Shown: piece by piece, positions 45,241 through 54,082 of the stretch
Layout: each line of letters opens with the position of its first letter
Numbering within the stretch: position 1 is the first letter of the stretch
DNA from: a plasmid
Length of the DNA: 64,000 bases
Reading direction: 5' to 3' (one strand)
Sequence record: NZ_LC586267.2
Made by a program: the position numbers and the translations under genes
The notes under the pieces: model-generated
Told to the model about the DNA's origin: nothing
Database searches by the model: none
What the model saw: only the letters and a program-made list of their open reading frames with translations

Positions 45241-45523
45241 CGTGCTTGCGTGTTGTCAGGTCCAGGCCAACGGCACGCATCACGGCCAGCAGGGTTTTCA
45301 AGGTCGGATTGCCCTTGTCCGAGAACGACCGGTAAAGGTGTTCGCGGGAAAGGCCAGATTCATTGGCAAGGGCGGTCATCCCTTTGGCGCGGGCCACGAC
45401 ACCCAGGCATTTTGCGATATAGGCCGCATCGCCTGTTTCGAATGCGTCCTCCATGAATACTGCGATGGACTCAGCATCGGTCAGCGCATCAGCGGGATCG
45501 TAGTCGTAAAATTGTTCTTTCAT
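45224..45523 (-). CDS. Addiction-module antidote (HigA-like HTH antitoxin)
   Basis: 99 aa; overlaps toxin gene stop by 4 bp. Confidence 0.7.
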   Translation of the reverse strand: MKEQFYDYDPADALTDAESIAVFMEDAFETGDAAYIAKCLGVVARAKGMTALANESGLSREHLYRSFSDKGNPTLKTLLAVMRAVGLDLTTRKHVEPAH

Positions 45524-45822
45524 TCATCGTCACTCCACTGGCTGGCCAAGGACTTGGCGGTTTCGATATCCCGCGCTTGGCTGCTCTTGTCCCCACCACA
45601 CAGCAACAGGACCAGCTGGTTACCGCGCTGCTGGAAATACACGCGGTAGCCGGGGCCGTGGTGGATACGCAGTTCGCTGATCCCTTGGCCCACTGGTTGA
45701 ACGTCTCCAAGCAGACCATGCGCAACGCGGAAGACTCGCGCAGCGATGATGGCTTTGGCCTGCTTGTCTCGCAGCTTGCGTTCCCAGTTCCTGTACGTGG
45801 CGGTTTGTTTAATTGTCTTCAT
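45520..45822 (-). CDS. Addiction-module killer (RelE/HigB-family toxin)
   Basis: 100 aa; toxin-upstream arrangement typical of HigBA. Confidence 0.7.
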   Translation of the reverse strand: MKTIKQTATYRNWERKLRDKQAKAIIAARVFRVAHGLLGDVQPVGQGISELRIHHGPGYRVYFQQRGNQLVLLLCGGDKSSQARDIETAKSLASQWSDDE

Positions 45823-45876
45823 GGGATTGATTGTAGCTTATAAATCACGATTGAACAAGGTTCTCGCATGCGAGAA

Positions 45877-46024
45877 AGTCAATTTATGGTAAATATAGAT
45901 TTGACCTAGAGTTGACGCAAGCAGTTTCTTTTGGGATACTGAATCCGTCGAAGCAATCCCGCTTAGACAAGCCTGGAACCAGCGGCGGCAACCGCTCCGG
46001 GCACGTTGCGAAGGAGTCAGAACA
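45877..46024 (+). promoter_or_regulatory. CUP-like repeated promoter cassette 1
   Basis: TTGACG-N17-GATACT promoter, GTCGAAGC-N6-GCTTAGAC hairpin, AGCGGCGGCAACCGCTCCGGGCA, AAGGAG SD; preceded by operator TTCTCGCATGCGAGAA at 45861-45876. Confidence 0.65.
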
Positions 46025-46804
46025 ATGTCTATTTTCAAAGAGTTGGCGCTACCTACTACGCTGGACGATCTGCTAACTGCCCGCGAGGAAGCGCTGCGCC
46101 TGATGGCAGATGCACGCCGCACACTTGAGATGGCCGAGGAAGTCCTAGCGCCTCATGGTCGCTATCTGATGCCTCACGCCGGGAAAATCAGGGAAGACCA
46201 GGACAGGGTGCGCCGCGAACTGGACACCTCCCTATGGCGCCGGGCGTTCGATATGACCGGCTTTAAACAGCTCATGGACGCGGAGGCCGTCGCGGAGTTT
46301 GAGAAAAGCCTTTGCCCATCCCCGCCTGAATTCACCGCATCGACAATTAGCGCGACGTTCATTGACCTGCGCATAAACGCCGAATCGATGTTCCAGCGTG
46401 GGGTTTTCAATGTGTTCCGGTATCTATCTGACGACTACCGCACAAACGCTAAAGAGCCGTTCCGCATCGGCCCGAAAGTCATCATGGAAGGCATGGTCGA
46501 ATCTTCGTTCACAAGTGGTCTTTGCATCCGGTACGGTTCGTGGGCAAAAGACAAGCTGAATGACCTTGATAGGGTATTTCAAACGCTCGATGGCAAGCCC
46601 TTCCAGCCTCACGCATTGACCTCAGCTATGGATGCTGCCTTTCAGGCTGGGGAAGTGTTCGAGAACGAGATCTACCGGGCTAAAGCCTTCAAGAAAGGCA
46701 CGCTCCATCTGGAGTTCCTGCGCCTGGATCTGCTGGATAAGGTGAACGAGCAGATAGCTGAATACTATGCCGGCAACGTCCTTCCAGACGCTCGGGCTGC
46801 GTAG
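46025..46804 (+). CDS. Hypothetical leading-region protein
   Basis: 259-aa ORF driven by CUP-like unit 1. Confidence 0.45.
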   Translation: MSIFKELALPTTLDDLLTAREEALRLMADARRTLEMAEEVLAPHGRYLMPHAGKIREDQDRVRRELDTSLWRRAFDMTGFKQLMDAEAVAEFEKSLCPSPPEFTASTISATFIDLRINAESMFQRGVFNVFRYLSDDYRTNAKEPFRIGPKVIMEGMVESSFTSGLCIRYGSWAKDKLNDLDRVFQTLDGKPFQPHALTSAMDAAFQAGEVFENEIYRAKAFKKGTLHLEFLRLDLLDKVNEQIAEYYAGNVLPDARAA

Positions 46805-46823
46805 CAAGTGGAATATACTATCA

Positions 46824-46956
46824 GTCAAATTAGATTTGACTGATAGTTGACTTATGCAAGCCCCTTTGCGATACTAACCAGGTCGAAGCAATACCGCTTC
46901 AACAGCCCGGAACCAGCGGCGGCAACCGCTCCGGGCACGTTGCGAAGGAGATTTCC
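46824..46956 (+). promoter_or_regulatory. CUP-like repeated promoter cassette 2
   Basis: TCAAATTAGATTTGA palindrome, TTGACT-N17-GATACT, hairpin, SD. Confidence 0.65.
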
Positions 46957-47323
46957 ATGAGCGCCTATATCGTCGACCGTTTCCATATTTCCGCCATCCT
47001 CATGTTCGGCTGCACCGGCAAGCCCGATGCGACGACCTACCAAATCCTGGCCGACCAGGGCCAGCAACTGCTGGACGAAAACCTGCGCTCGGTTCGTGCG
47101 CGCTATCCGGGCGAAACCTTCAGGGCCGAACTGTTCGGGCTGGATGAAACCGTGCGCAAACCCACCCCTTGAAGCCCTCAAGCTCATTCAATGCCTGGAG
47201 TACCAGTCGAACCAAAATCGCGACTACTACGCGACCGAGGCATTCCGCACCCTGCACAGCATCCGCCAAGCGGCCCAGCGCAAGCTGCCGGGTTGGGATC
47301 AGGCACAGTGGGACTTTGCGTGA
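46957..47323 (+). CDS. Hypothetical protein; frameshift near 47160
   Basis: ORF 46957..47172 continues in frame of 47027..47323 after a CCCC run. Confidence 0.4.
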
Positions 47324-47667
47324 TGGCCACCCAGCAGGTAGCGCCGCCCATGTGGCGCTACTCCCTACGCTGGTGTATGCCTCACCTGCCTTGCCCTGGC
47401 GCCTTTGAGTTGCTGGTGATCGAGGCGCCGGCAGGGCAGAAGCTCCCCGAGGAAATGCGCAAGGCGTGGGAGGCCCGCCCAGCAGGCTATGGCGTCTGCC
47501 TGGACTTCCCAGCCTCGCAAGCGGTGAGGCGCTGGAGCGACGAGGCCAAGGGCAAGGTACGGCGCAAGAACCTTGAGCGGCGGATAGAGAAACAAGCGCC
47601 ATTGTTCGCGGATGAATTGATTGCCCGCGAGCTGGCCCAGCGACCCACCTATTTCGAAGGCAAGTAA
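47323..47667 (+). CDS. Hypothetical protein
   Basis: 114 aa from ATG 47323 overlapping previous stop (TGATG). Confidence 0.35.
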   Translation: MATQQVAPPMWRYSLRWCMPHLPCPGAFELLVIEAPAGQKLPEEMRKAWEARPAGYGVCLDFPASQAVRRWSDEAKGKVRRKNLERRIEKQAPLFADELIARELAQRPTYFEGK

Positions 47668-47722
47668 CCCTAGCCGGTACACGCGGCGGCAACCGCTCCG
47701 GCACTGCGAAGGAGAAACCCCA

Positions 47723-47941
47723 ATGCCTAGCTATCGAGTTGTATGGACTGTTGATGTTGACGTTGAAGGCGACCACCGGGCGGCAGCACAGGCGTGTGCC
47801 CGCCACTACTTCCAATCGCGTATTGCAGATGGTGATCCCGACAGCGCCTGCGTGTTTGAGGTGACAGGACCGAACAACAGGGCGGCCATAGTCGATCTGG
47901 CCCCCAGCTTGTGCGACCTGATAGGCGACGACACCGAGTAA
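47723..47941 (+). CDS. Hypothetical small protein
   Basis: 72 aa; preceded by short CUP-like SD unit 47670-47722. Confidence 0.4.
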   Translation: MPSYRVVWTVDVDVEGDHRAAAQACARHYFQSRIADGDPDSACVFEVTGPNNRAAIVDLAPSLCDLIGDDTE

Positions 47942-48004
47942 TCACCCCCACAGTGCCCGGATCCAGCGGCGGCAACCGCTCCGGGCACTTGCGAAGGAGC
48001 ACGC

Positions 48005-49096
48005 ATGAACGCGATCAGCCGCGGCTGTCCACTGGACAGCGCTCAGCCCATTTTATCCCTGGCCCAGGTCGAGGCCCTGCGCACTGCGTTGGCAGGGCGG
48101 CTGCTGGCCGTCTGTTTCGGATCTGGCGTGGACTCCACGGCCATGCTGGTAGCTCTGCACGCGGCAGGGTTGCGCCCGGATATCATCACCTTTGCCGACA
48201 CTGGCGCAGAGAAGCCCGAGACGCTGGCCCACATCGAGGCGATGGATTCCGTACTACGGGCGTGGGGCTGGCCGACTGTCAGCGTGTGCCGGAAAAAGCC
48301 CAAGCCGACCACTGAATACCAGGATCTGTACGGCAACTGCATGGCCAACGAAACGTTGCCTAGCCTGGCCTTTGGCATGAAGTCCTGTTCGGTGAAGTGG
48401 AAGCAGGTGCCCCAGGATCAGTTTCTCAAGGGCGCTCGCTCCGGCCCCAACGCCAGGTCCCCCCACCCACTTTGGAAGCATGCCCAGGCAACCGGGCAGC
48501 GCATCGTCAAGCTGATCGGGTATGACTGCGGCAAAGCCGACCTGCGCCGGTCTAAGGCGATCAAACCAGCCGACGCCGACTTCGATTATGTCTATCCCTT
48601 GCAACTGGTCCGCTGGACCCGGCGCGATTGCGTACGGTCGATCACCCAGGCCCTCGGTGCGGACCTGGTGCCGATCAAATCGGCCTGCTTTTTCTGCCCA
48701 GCTTCCAAGCACTGGGAGCTGTATTGGCTTGCCGCGAATCACCCGGATCTGCTGGAGCGTGCCCTGTTGCTGGAACGCAACGCGCTCACCGGCAAGCACA
48801 GTCGTTTCGACGCGGTGCAGTTCGGTGCCTCATGGGAAGACCTGGTGCGCAATGCCGATGGATTCCCCAGCACGACGACCACGGTAGGGCTGGGCCGTAG
48901 CTTCGCCTGGAATCAGTGGGCACGGGTCAACGACGTTGTGGACGAGGGTTTCAACGTCAAGCGCACCGCTACTGATCGAGCACGGTTCGCCAAGCTATCC
49001 GACACCCTGCGAGATCCTGACAACGCCTTGGACTCACGCACACCAGGAATACCCGTGGTCGACATCACCGCCGAGCAGATGGAGCTATGGCAGTAA
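48005..49096 (+). CDS. PAPS-reductase-like PP-loop ATP-pyrophosphatase domain protein
   Basis: 363 aa; CFGSGVDS PP-loop (SGGxDS-like); preceded by short CUP-like unit 47945-48004. Confidence 0.7.
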   Translation: MNAISRGCPLDSAQPILSLAQVEALRTALAGRLLAVCFGSGVDSTAMLVALHAAGLRPDIITFADTGAEKPETLAHIEAMDSVLRAWGWPTVSVCRKKPKPTTEYQDLYGNCMANETLPSLAFGMKSCSVKWKQVPQDQFLKGARSGPNARSPHPLWKHAQATGQRIVKLIGYDCGKADLRRSKAIKPADADFDYVYPLQLVRWTRRDCVRSITQALGADLVPIKSACFFCPASKHWELYWLAANHPDLLERALLLERNALTGKHSRFDAVQFGASWEDLVRNADGFPSTTTTVGLGRSFAWNQWARVNDVVDEGFNVKRTATDRARFAKLSDTLRDPDNALDSRTPGIPVVDITAEQMELWQ

Positions 49097-49241
49097 TCAA
49101 CTTACGGTCACATTAGATTTGACCAATAGTTGACAGTAGGTTTTGCTTTTGCGATACTGGGTACGTCGAAGCAATCCTGCTTCGACAGCCTGGAACCAGC
49201 GGCGGCAACCGCTCCGGGCACACAGCGAAGGAGATTCACCA
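49097..49241 (+). promoter_or_regulatory. CUP-like repeated promoter cassette 3
   Basis: TTGACA-N17-GATACT, GTCGAAGCAATCCTGCTTCGAC hairpin, SD. Confidence 0.65.
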
Positions 49242-49484
49242 ATGGCTATCGAAACCCACCTGTTCTATTTCAGCTCAGCCGCGCAGCTGCGCGAGTTCGC
49301 CGGCTTCACCGTCGAGCCATCCCACCAGGCCCGCCCAGGGCAAGACCCCGCCACCGTCACCATGTACACCGTCGTCGCTCAGCGTTCCGGCATCGGCCAG
49401 CGCGAAGTCATCGCGGAGTTCCCGCTGGAACTGCACGCCGAGATCTTCCGCGATATGGCCGAGGCAACTGCCCGCGCCCTCTGA
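49242..49484 (+). CDS. Hypothetical small protein
   Basis: 80 aa MAIETHLFYFSSAAQLREF... Confidence 0.4.
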   Translation: MAIETHLFYFSSAAQLREFAGFTVEPSHQARPGQDPATVTMYTVVAQRSGIGQREVIAEFPLELHAEIFRDMAEATARAL

Positions 49485-49526
49485 CCACAGCCCCGCCCGG
49501 ACCTGGTGTCCGGGCATTCGTGACGG

Positions 49527-51218
49527 ATGACGAACATGCTTACAAGGTATGTGCTCAAGCACTTTCATTTCTGCTGCGGGCTTGGCGGCGGCGCCAAGGG
49601 TTTCAACCAGAACAAAGAGGTAGTTGGCCACCTGCAGGCAGAATGGCGCTGCATTGGCGGCGTCGATGTGGACGCCGGCGCGCTGCGCGACTTCGACCGC
49701 TTGGCCGGCGTACCAGGTACACAAATGGACCTGTTCACCCGCGAGCAGTACACCGCCTTTCATGGCAAGGAGCCGCCCGCCGAATGGCGAGAGGCTACGC
49801 CGGCAGACATACGCCGCGCTGCGGGCTTCCAGGATCCCGATGTGGTGTTCATCAGCAGCCCCTGCAAGGGGGCTTCTGGCTTGTTGTCCGAGGCTTTGAG
49901 CCTCACCCCCAAATATCAGGCCCTCAATGAACTGACGTTGCGCTGCGTGTGGCTCATGTGCGAAGCCTGGCAGCACAACCCGGTGAGCCTGATCGTGTTC
50001 GAGAATGTGCCACGCCTGGCCACCCGTGGTCGCCACCTGCTCGATCAGATCGTCCAGGTGCTGAACTTCTTCGGCTATGCCGTGAATGAGACAACCCACG
50101 ACTGCGGGGAGCTGGGCGGGTTGGCCCAAAGCCGCAAGCGCTTCCTGTTGGTGGCCCGGCACGTCGAGAAGGTGCCGCCGTTCCTCTATGAGCCGGAGAA
50201 AAAGTCCCTGCAATCGGTCGGTGCTGTTCTTGGCCGCATGCCGCTGCCGGGCGATATCGAGCGCGCCGGCCCGATGCACCGCGTTCCTGCACTGCAATGG
50301 AAAACGTGGGTACGCCTTGCCCTGGTCGAGGCCGGTAAGGACTGGCGCAGCCTCGATCAGTTGGCCATCGAAGATGGCTACCTGCGCGACTTTGTGATTG
50401 TGCCGGAAGCATTCTCCGGTTATCTCGGCGTGCGCGGCTGGGGTGATTCAGTGGGCACGGTCGCCGGTCAAACTGGCCCCACCAATGGCGCATTTTCCGT
50501 CGCAGATCCGCGCAGCCCAGCCAGTGCCGCGCAGTACCAACAATATGGCGTACGGCGCTGGGAGGACCCGAGCGGCGCAATCATCGGCATCAAGTCGCCA
50601 GGGCAGGGCACGTTTAGCGTGGCAGATCCGCGTGGTGCAGCTGGTGGCCATGGCAAATACAACGTGACCCGCTGGGATGGTGCCGCACGTACGGTCATTG
50701 CAGGCAGCACGACAGGGCAGGGCGCCTTTGCAGTACAAGACCCACGCCCAGGATTACGGCGAGTGAAAGGCGATGCCTACCTCACCGGGGGGCATTATGG
50801 CGTGGTGCCGTGGGAGGGCCTGGCCGGCGCTGTTTCCGCCAGTGCGCGCTTGGACAATGGCCGGTGGAGCGTGGCAGATCCGCGTATGCCAGCCGCGAAT
50901 GATCGGTTGACCTGCGTGATTCAGAGCCTCGACGGAACCTGGCACCGGCCATTCACCACCCTGGAAATGGCCGCGCTGCAAAGCCTGGTCGACCCGGAGG
51001 AAATGCTTGAGCTGGACGGCTTGAGCGATCAGGCGTGGCGCGAGCGGATCGGTAATGCCGTGCCGCCAAAAGCCGCCGAGGCTATTGCAGGCGTCATGGC
51101 CCAAACCCTCCTGCTGGCAAAGCAGGGCGAAACCTTCTTGCTCAGCCACATGCCGGTGTGGGTACGACCTGTTGCGGTCGGCCTATCGCTGGCCAGCAAC
51201 CTCGACAAGGCAGCATAA
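49527..51218 (+). CDS. Orphan DNA (cytosine-5)-methyltransferase with repeat-containing target-recognition region
   Basis: 563 aa; motif I HFCCGLGGGAKGF, IV SSPCKGASG, VI FENVPRL, VIII QSRKRFLLVA, X IGNAVPP; four repeats of GxFSVADPR between. Confidence 0.85.
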   Translation: MTNMLTRYVLKHFHFCCGLGGGAKGFNQNKEVVGHLQAEWRCIGGVDVDAGALRDFDRLAGVPGTQMDLFTREQYTAFHGKEPPAEWREATPADIRRAAGFQDPDVVFISSPCKGASGLLSEALSLTPKYQALNELTLRCVWLMCEAWQHNPVSLIVFENVPRLATRGRHLLDQIVQVLNFFGYAVNETTHDCGELGGLAQSRKRFLLVARHVEKVPPFLYEPEKKSLQSVGAVLGRMPLPGDIERAGPMHRVPALQWKTWVRLALVEAGKDWRSLDQLAIEDGYLRDFVIVPEAFSGYLGVRGWGDSVGTVAGQTGPTNGAFSVADPRSPASAAQYQQYGVRRWEDPSGAIIGIKSPGQGTFSVADPRGAAGGHGKYNVTRWDGAARTVIAGSTTGQGAFAVQDPRPGLRRVKGDAYLTGGHYGVVPWEGLAGAVSASARLDNGRWSVADPRMPAANDRLTCVIQSLDGTWHRPFTTLEMAALQSLVDPEEMLELDGLSDQAWRERIGNAVPPKAAEAIAGVMAQTLLLAKQGETFLLSHMPVWVRPVAVGLSLASNLDKAA

Positions 51219-51303
51219 CGACTGGCGCCCCGCCCGGGCGCCTCACCTTCCCGGTCAAGACGGCGGCAACCGTCCCCGGGAAACCACGCGAAGGAGATAC
51301 ACC

Positions 51304-51525
51304 ATGTTCCGCGATCTCACCATGAGCAAAGCCCAACGTTCCAGCCAGGCCCTGCATACCGCTGCGCGCTTGGCAGAGCATCGGAAGAAGTGGTATTCAG
51401 CCGCCGAGCTGTACGAAGCCGCCGCGTCACTCTGGCCAGGTAAGGGCATCAGTTTGATGCGTCGTGCCGAACAGTGCCGCTCCCTGGTTGTCGATGCCAG
51501 CGATGAAATGGATTTTGAGGATTGA
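51304..51525 (+). CDS. Hypothetical small protein
   Basis: 73 aa; preceded by short CUP-like SD unit 51245-51303. Confidence 0.35.
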   Translation: MFRDLTMSKAQRSSQALHTAARLAEHRKKWYSAAELYEAAASLWPGKGISLMRRAEQCRSLVVDASDEMDFED

Positions 51526-51528
51526 GCC

Positions 51529-51969
51529 ATGGACGAACGAACGGAACAGGAATTGACCGCGTACCTCGATGTGCTGCTGTGGCTGGAGACGGCTTCGGTT
51601 GCCGAGATCGAGGGGGCTTTGTCGGTGGCCACCGCTCCCGCCCGCGAGGATCTGGAGCTGGGTATTCAGTGCCTGATGGACTCGGATCGGCCCGGCCTGG
51701 CCAACTACTTCCCGAACCTGGTAAACCGGCCCACCTCCCTCAATGAGATCCGCCAAAAGTTCTCAGCGATGGCCCAGTCCATGGATCAGTTGGAGGATTC
51801 GTTGCGTCGGCGGCGAACCGATCCGACCTATCCCCTCATGGGTTACGGCGCTGTACTCGGTACATTGGCCAAGCTGCAGTACCTCAACAAAATCACACCG
51901 TCGCAGCGCGAGCTGCTGCTCAGCGAGCTGGCCAGCCTCAAAGGCGGCGGGCTGCGCCTGGACAACTGA
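51529..51969 (+). CDS. Hypothetical protein
   Basis: 146 aa. Confidence 0.4.
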   Translation: MDERTEQELTAYLDVLLWLETASVAEIEGALSVATAPAREDLELGIQCLMDSDRPGLANYFPNLVNRPTSLNEIRQKFSAMAQSMDQLEDSLRRRRTDPTYPLMGYGAVLGTLAKLQYLNKITPSQRELLLSELASLKGGGLRLDN

Positions 51970-51980
51970 CGAGGCTCGCC

Positions 51981-52244
51981 ATGAAACGCAAGACCAAACG
52001 GCGCAACTGGCTACCCGTGGTTCTCTGTGCGATTGCCGGTGTAGGTCTTTTGACGGTTGAAATGCTCGCTTCGCGGCATATGCTTCAACGCCGGCTTGAT
52101 CAGAAGTACCAGGAAAAAGTGCGTTATCTGCAGGAGCATCCACCGACCACCACTCGCATCGAAATATTGGTGCCGGATGCTGCATCCTCCATGACGCCGA
52201 AACGCATTGATGAAGCGCTGCATCCGGCTGGACGGACCCAGTAA
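51981..52244 (+). CDS. Hypothetical small membrane-anchored protein
   Basis: 87 aa, basic N-terminus then TM. Confidence 0.3.
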   Translation: MKRKTKRRNWLPVVLCAIAGVGLLTVEMLASRHMLQRRLDQKYQEKVRYLQEHPPTTTRIEILVPDAASSMTPKRIDEALHPAGRTQ

Positions 52245-52261
52245 GGTGCAGTCCTGTGCGT

Positions 52262-52715
52262 GCCCCCTCCGGGGGGCGGCTGTCGTGAACCAAGCCCCGG
52301 CCAGAAGCACGCCGGGTCTTGGCCCTTCGGGCTTCCATCCTCACGCCTCCGGCCTTCGGCCTGCGCGCTCCGCTTGCCGGTCGTTCCATGGCAACCACTG
52401 CGGCTAGCTCAGCAACCATCGGTAGGAAGCGGACGCCCCAATGGCCTATCCGCCACCAGGCCTTGCCTGCAAGGGGCTTTCGCGGCATATCCTCACTCGC
52501 TGCGCTCCCTGCGGTATTCCACGGTCCCCTTGCACGCGGCCTGGCTCTGGATAGTCCTGGCTTACCGCGTCCTACCGAAGGCTGCCGAGCAGATCCACCC
52601 AGCGGTGGCGCGCTTCCATTCCCAAAGAGCAGGGCGGCATCCGCTTCGCGGCTGCTGCTTTGAAAAGCGTTTGTTTCCCGCGCCCAAACGCCCGGCATTA
52701 AAGCAGCTCGGTAGA
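52262..52715 (+). repeat. Copy 2 of about 480-bp noncoding repeat element
   Basis: Near-identical to 43845..44330, same orientation; third partial copy (about 105 bp) at 56795-56900. Confidence 0.7.
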
Positions 52716-52765
52716 GCCGCCAAGCGTACGGCGCAGAAAAAAGCATGATTTCTCGCACGCGAGAA

Positions 52766-52914
52766 TGTGCGACAAGCGGTCAATTTAGATTTGACCAATA
52801 GTTGACTTTGGTTAGGCCCTTTGCGATACTAAACCTGTCGAAGCAATCCCGCTTCGATAGCCTGGAATCCAGCGGCGGCAACCGCTCCAGGGTAGTCGCG
52901 AAGGAGTTTCACAC
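52766..52914 (+). promoter_or_regulatory. CUP-like repeated promoter cassette 4 (with operator TTCTCGCACGCGAGAA at 52750-52765)
   Basis: GGTCAATTTAGATTTGACCAATAGTTGACT...GATACT, hairpin GTCGAAGCAATCCCGCTTCGA, SD. Confidence 0.65.
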
Positions 52915-53310
52915 ATGAATATCACCGCTCAGGCCCCCGCAGTCAGCGCCCACAATTGGCTCACTACCGGCGACTTTCTGAACTTCGCCAAAAAGATTTG
53001 GGCGCCGGTCGCGTCGAATAGCGAGGCGATGGAGCGCAAGGTTGATGACCTGTACGGCGCAGCATGCGAACGCTTCCCTACCTATGACACGATGGTGCAT
53101 AACGCCTTCTGTGCGAGCATGGACGCAGAGTTCGGCGCCGATGACCAGGCCGAGGGAGTGGCAGAAATCTTTGCGTATGCCCGCGAGGCTTACGGCTATA
53201 TGTCTGCCAGTGAAAACGAAGCACAACGCCAGGAAGACGCCGACAACGGCCTTTGCTGGCACGGCCTGGACAGCATGACCTGCCCTTGCGGTTGCTTCGA
53301 AAACGACTAA
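52915..53310 (+). CDS. Hypothetical protein with C-terminal CxC cluster
   Basis: 131 aa; ends MTCPCGCFEND. Confidence 0.4.
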   Translation: MNITAQAPAVSAHNWLTTGDFLNFAKKIWAPVASNSEAMERKVDDLYGAACERFPTYDTMVHNAFCASMDAEFGADDQAEGVAEIFAYAREAYGYMSASENEAQRQEDADNGLCWHGLDSMTCPCGCFEND

Positions 53311-53334
53311 TCCAGACGGAAAAGGAGATTCATC

Positions 53335-53892
53335 ATGGCCCGTGGCGTAAATAAAGTGATCCTGGTTGGGACTTGCGGACAGGACCCCGAAGTCCGTTAC
53401 CTGCCAAACGGCAACGCGGTAACTAACCTCAGCTTGGCCACCAGCGAGCAGTGGACCGACAAGCAAACCGGGCAGAAGGTCGAGCGTACCGAGTGGCACC
53501 GCGTCTCGCTGTTCGGCAAGGTGGCCGAGATCGCCGGCGAGTACCTGCGCAAAGGTTCCCAATGCTACATCGAAGGCAAGTTGCAAACCCGCGAGTGGGA
53601 GAAGGACGGCATCAAGCGTTACACCACCGAAATCATTGTCGACATTAACGGCACCATGCAGTTACTAGGCGGTCGCCCGCAGAACCAGCAGCAGGGCGGC
53701 GATCCGTACAACCAGGGCGGCGGCGACCAAGCACCCCGCCAGCAGGCGCCACGGCAGCAGCGCCCACAGCAGCGCCCGCCAGCTCAGCAGCAAGCGCCGC
53801 AACCTGCACCACAGCCAGCAGCCGACTTTGACAGCTTTGACGACGACATTCCGTTCATGGACCCGTACCGTTTCAGCTGGCAGCTTCAGTAA
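53335..53892 (+). CDS. ssb: Single-stranded DNA-binding protein
   Basis: 185 aa; OB-fold N-domain, Gly/Gln/Pro-rich linker, acidic tail DDDIPF. Confidence 0.95.
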   Translation: MARGVNKVILVGTCGQDPEVRYLPNGNAVTNLSLATSEQWTDKQTGQKVERTEWHRVSLFGKVAEIAGEYLRKGSQCYIEGKLQTREWEKDGIKRYTTEIIVDINGTMQLLGGRPQNQQQGGDPYNQGGGDQAPRQQAPRQQRPQQRPPAQQQAPQPAPQPAADFDSFDDDIPFMDPYRFSWQLQ

Positions 53893-53939
53893 ACACCCGC
53901 AAGACCAGGCCCGGCGCAATGTCGGGCTTTTTTCTGCGC

Positions 53940-54082
53940 GACAAACGGTCAAATTAGATTTGACCAATAGTTGACTTAGGTTCGAGCCTTTGCGATACTA
54001 ACCCTGTCGAAGCAATTCCGCCTCGACAGCCTGGAACCAGCGGCGGCAACCGCTCCAGGCAAATCGCGAAGGAGATTCAAAA
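53940..54082 (+). promoter_or_regulatory. CUP-like repeated promoter cassette 5
   Basis: GGTCAAATTAGATTTGACCAATAGTTGACT-N17-GATACT, hairpin, SD. Confidence 0.65.

Noticed and set aside
49275..50580. Antisense ORFs 49275..50297(-) and 49954..50580(-) opposite the C5-MTase
   Set aside because: The plus-strand MTase has all the canonical motifs; the minus-strand translations are low complexity.
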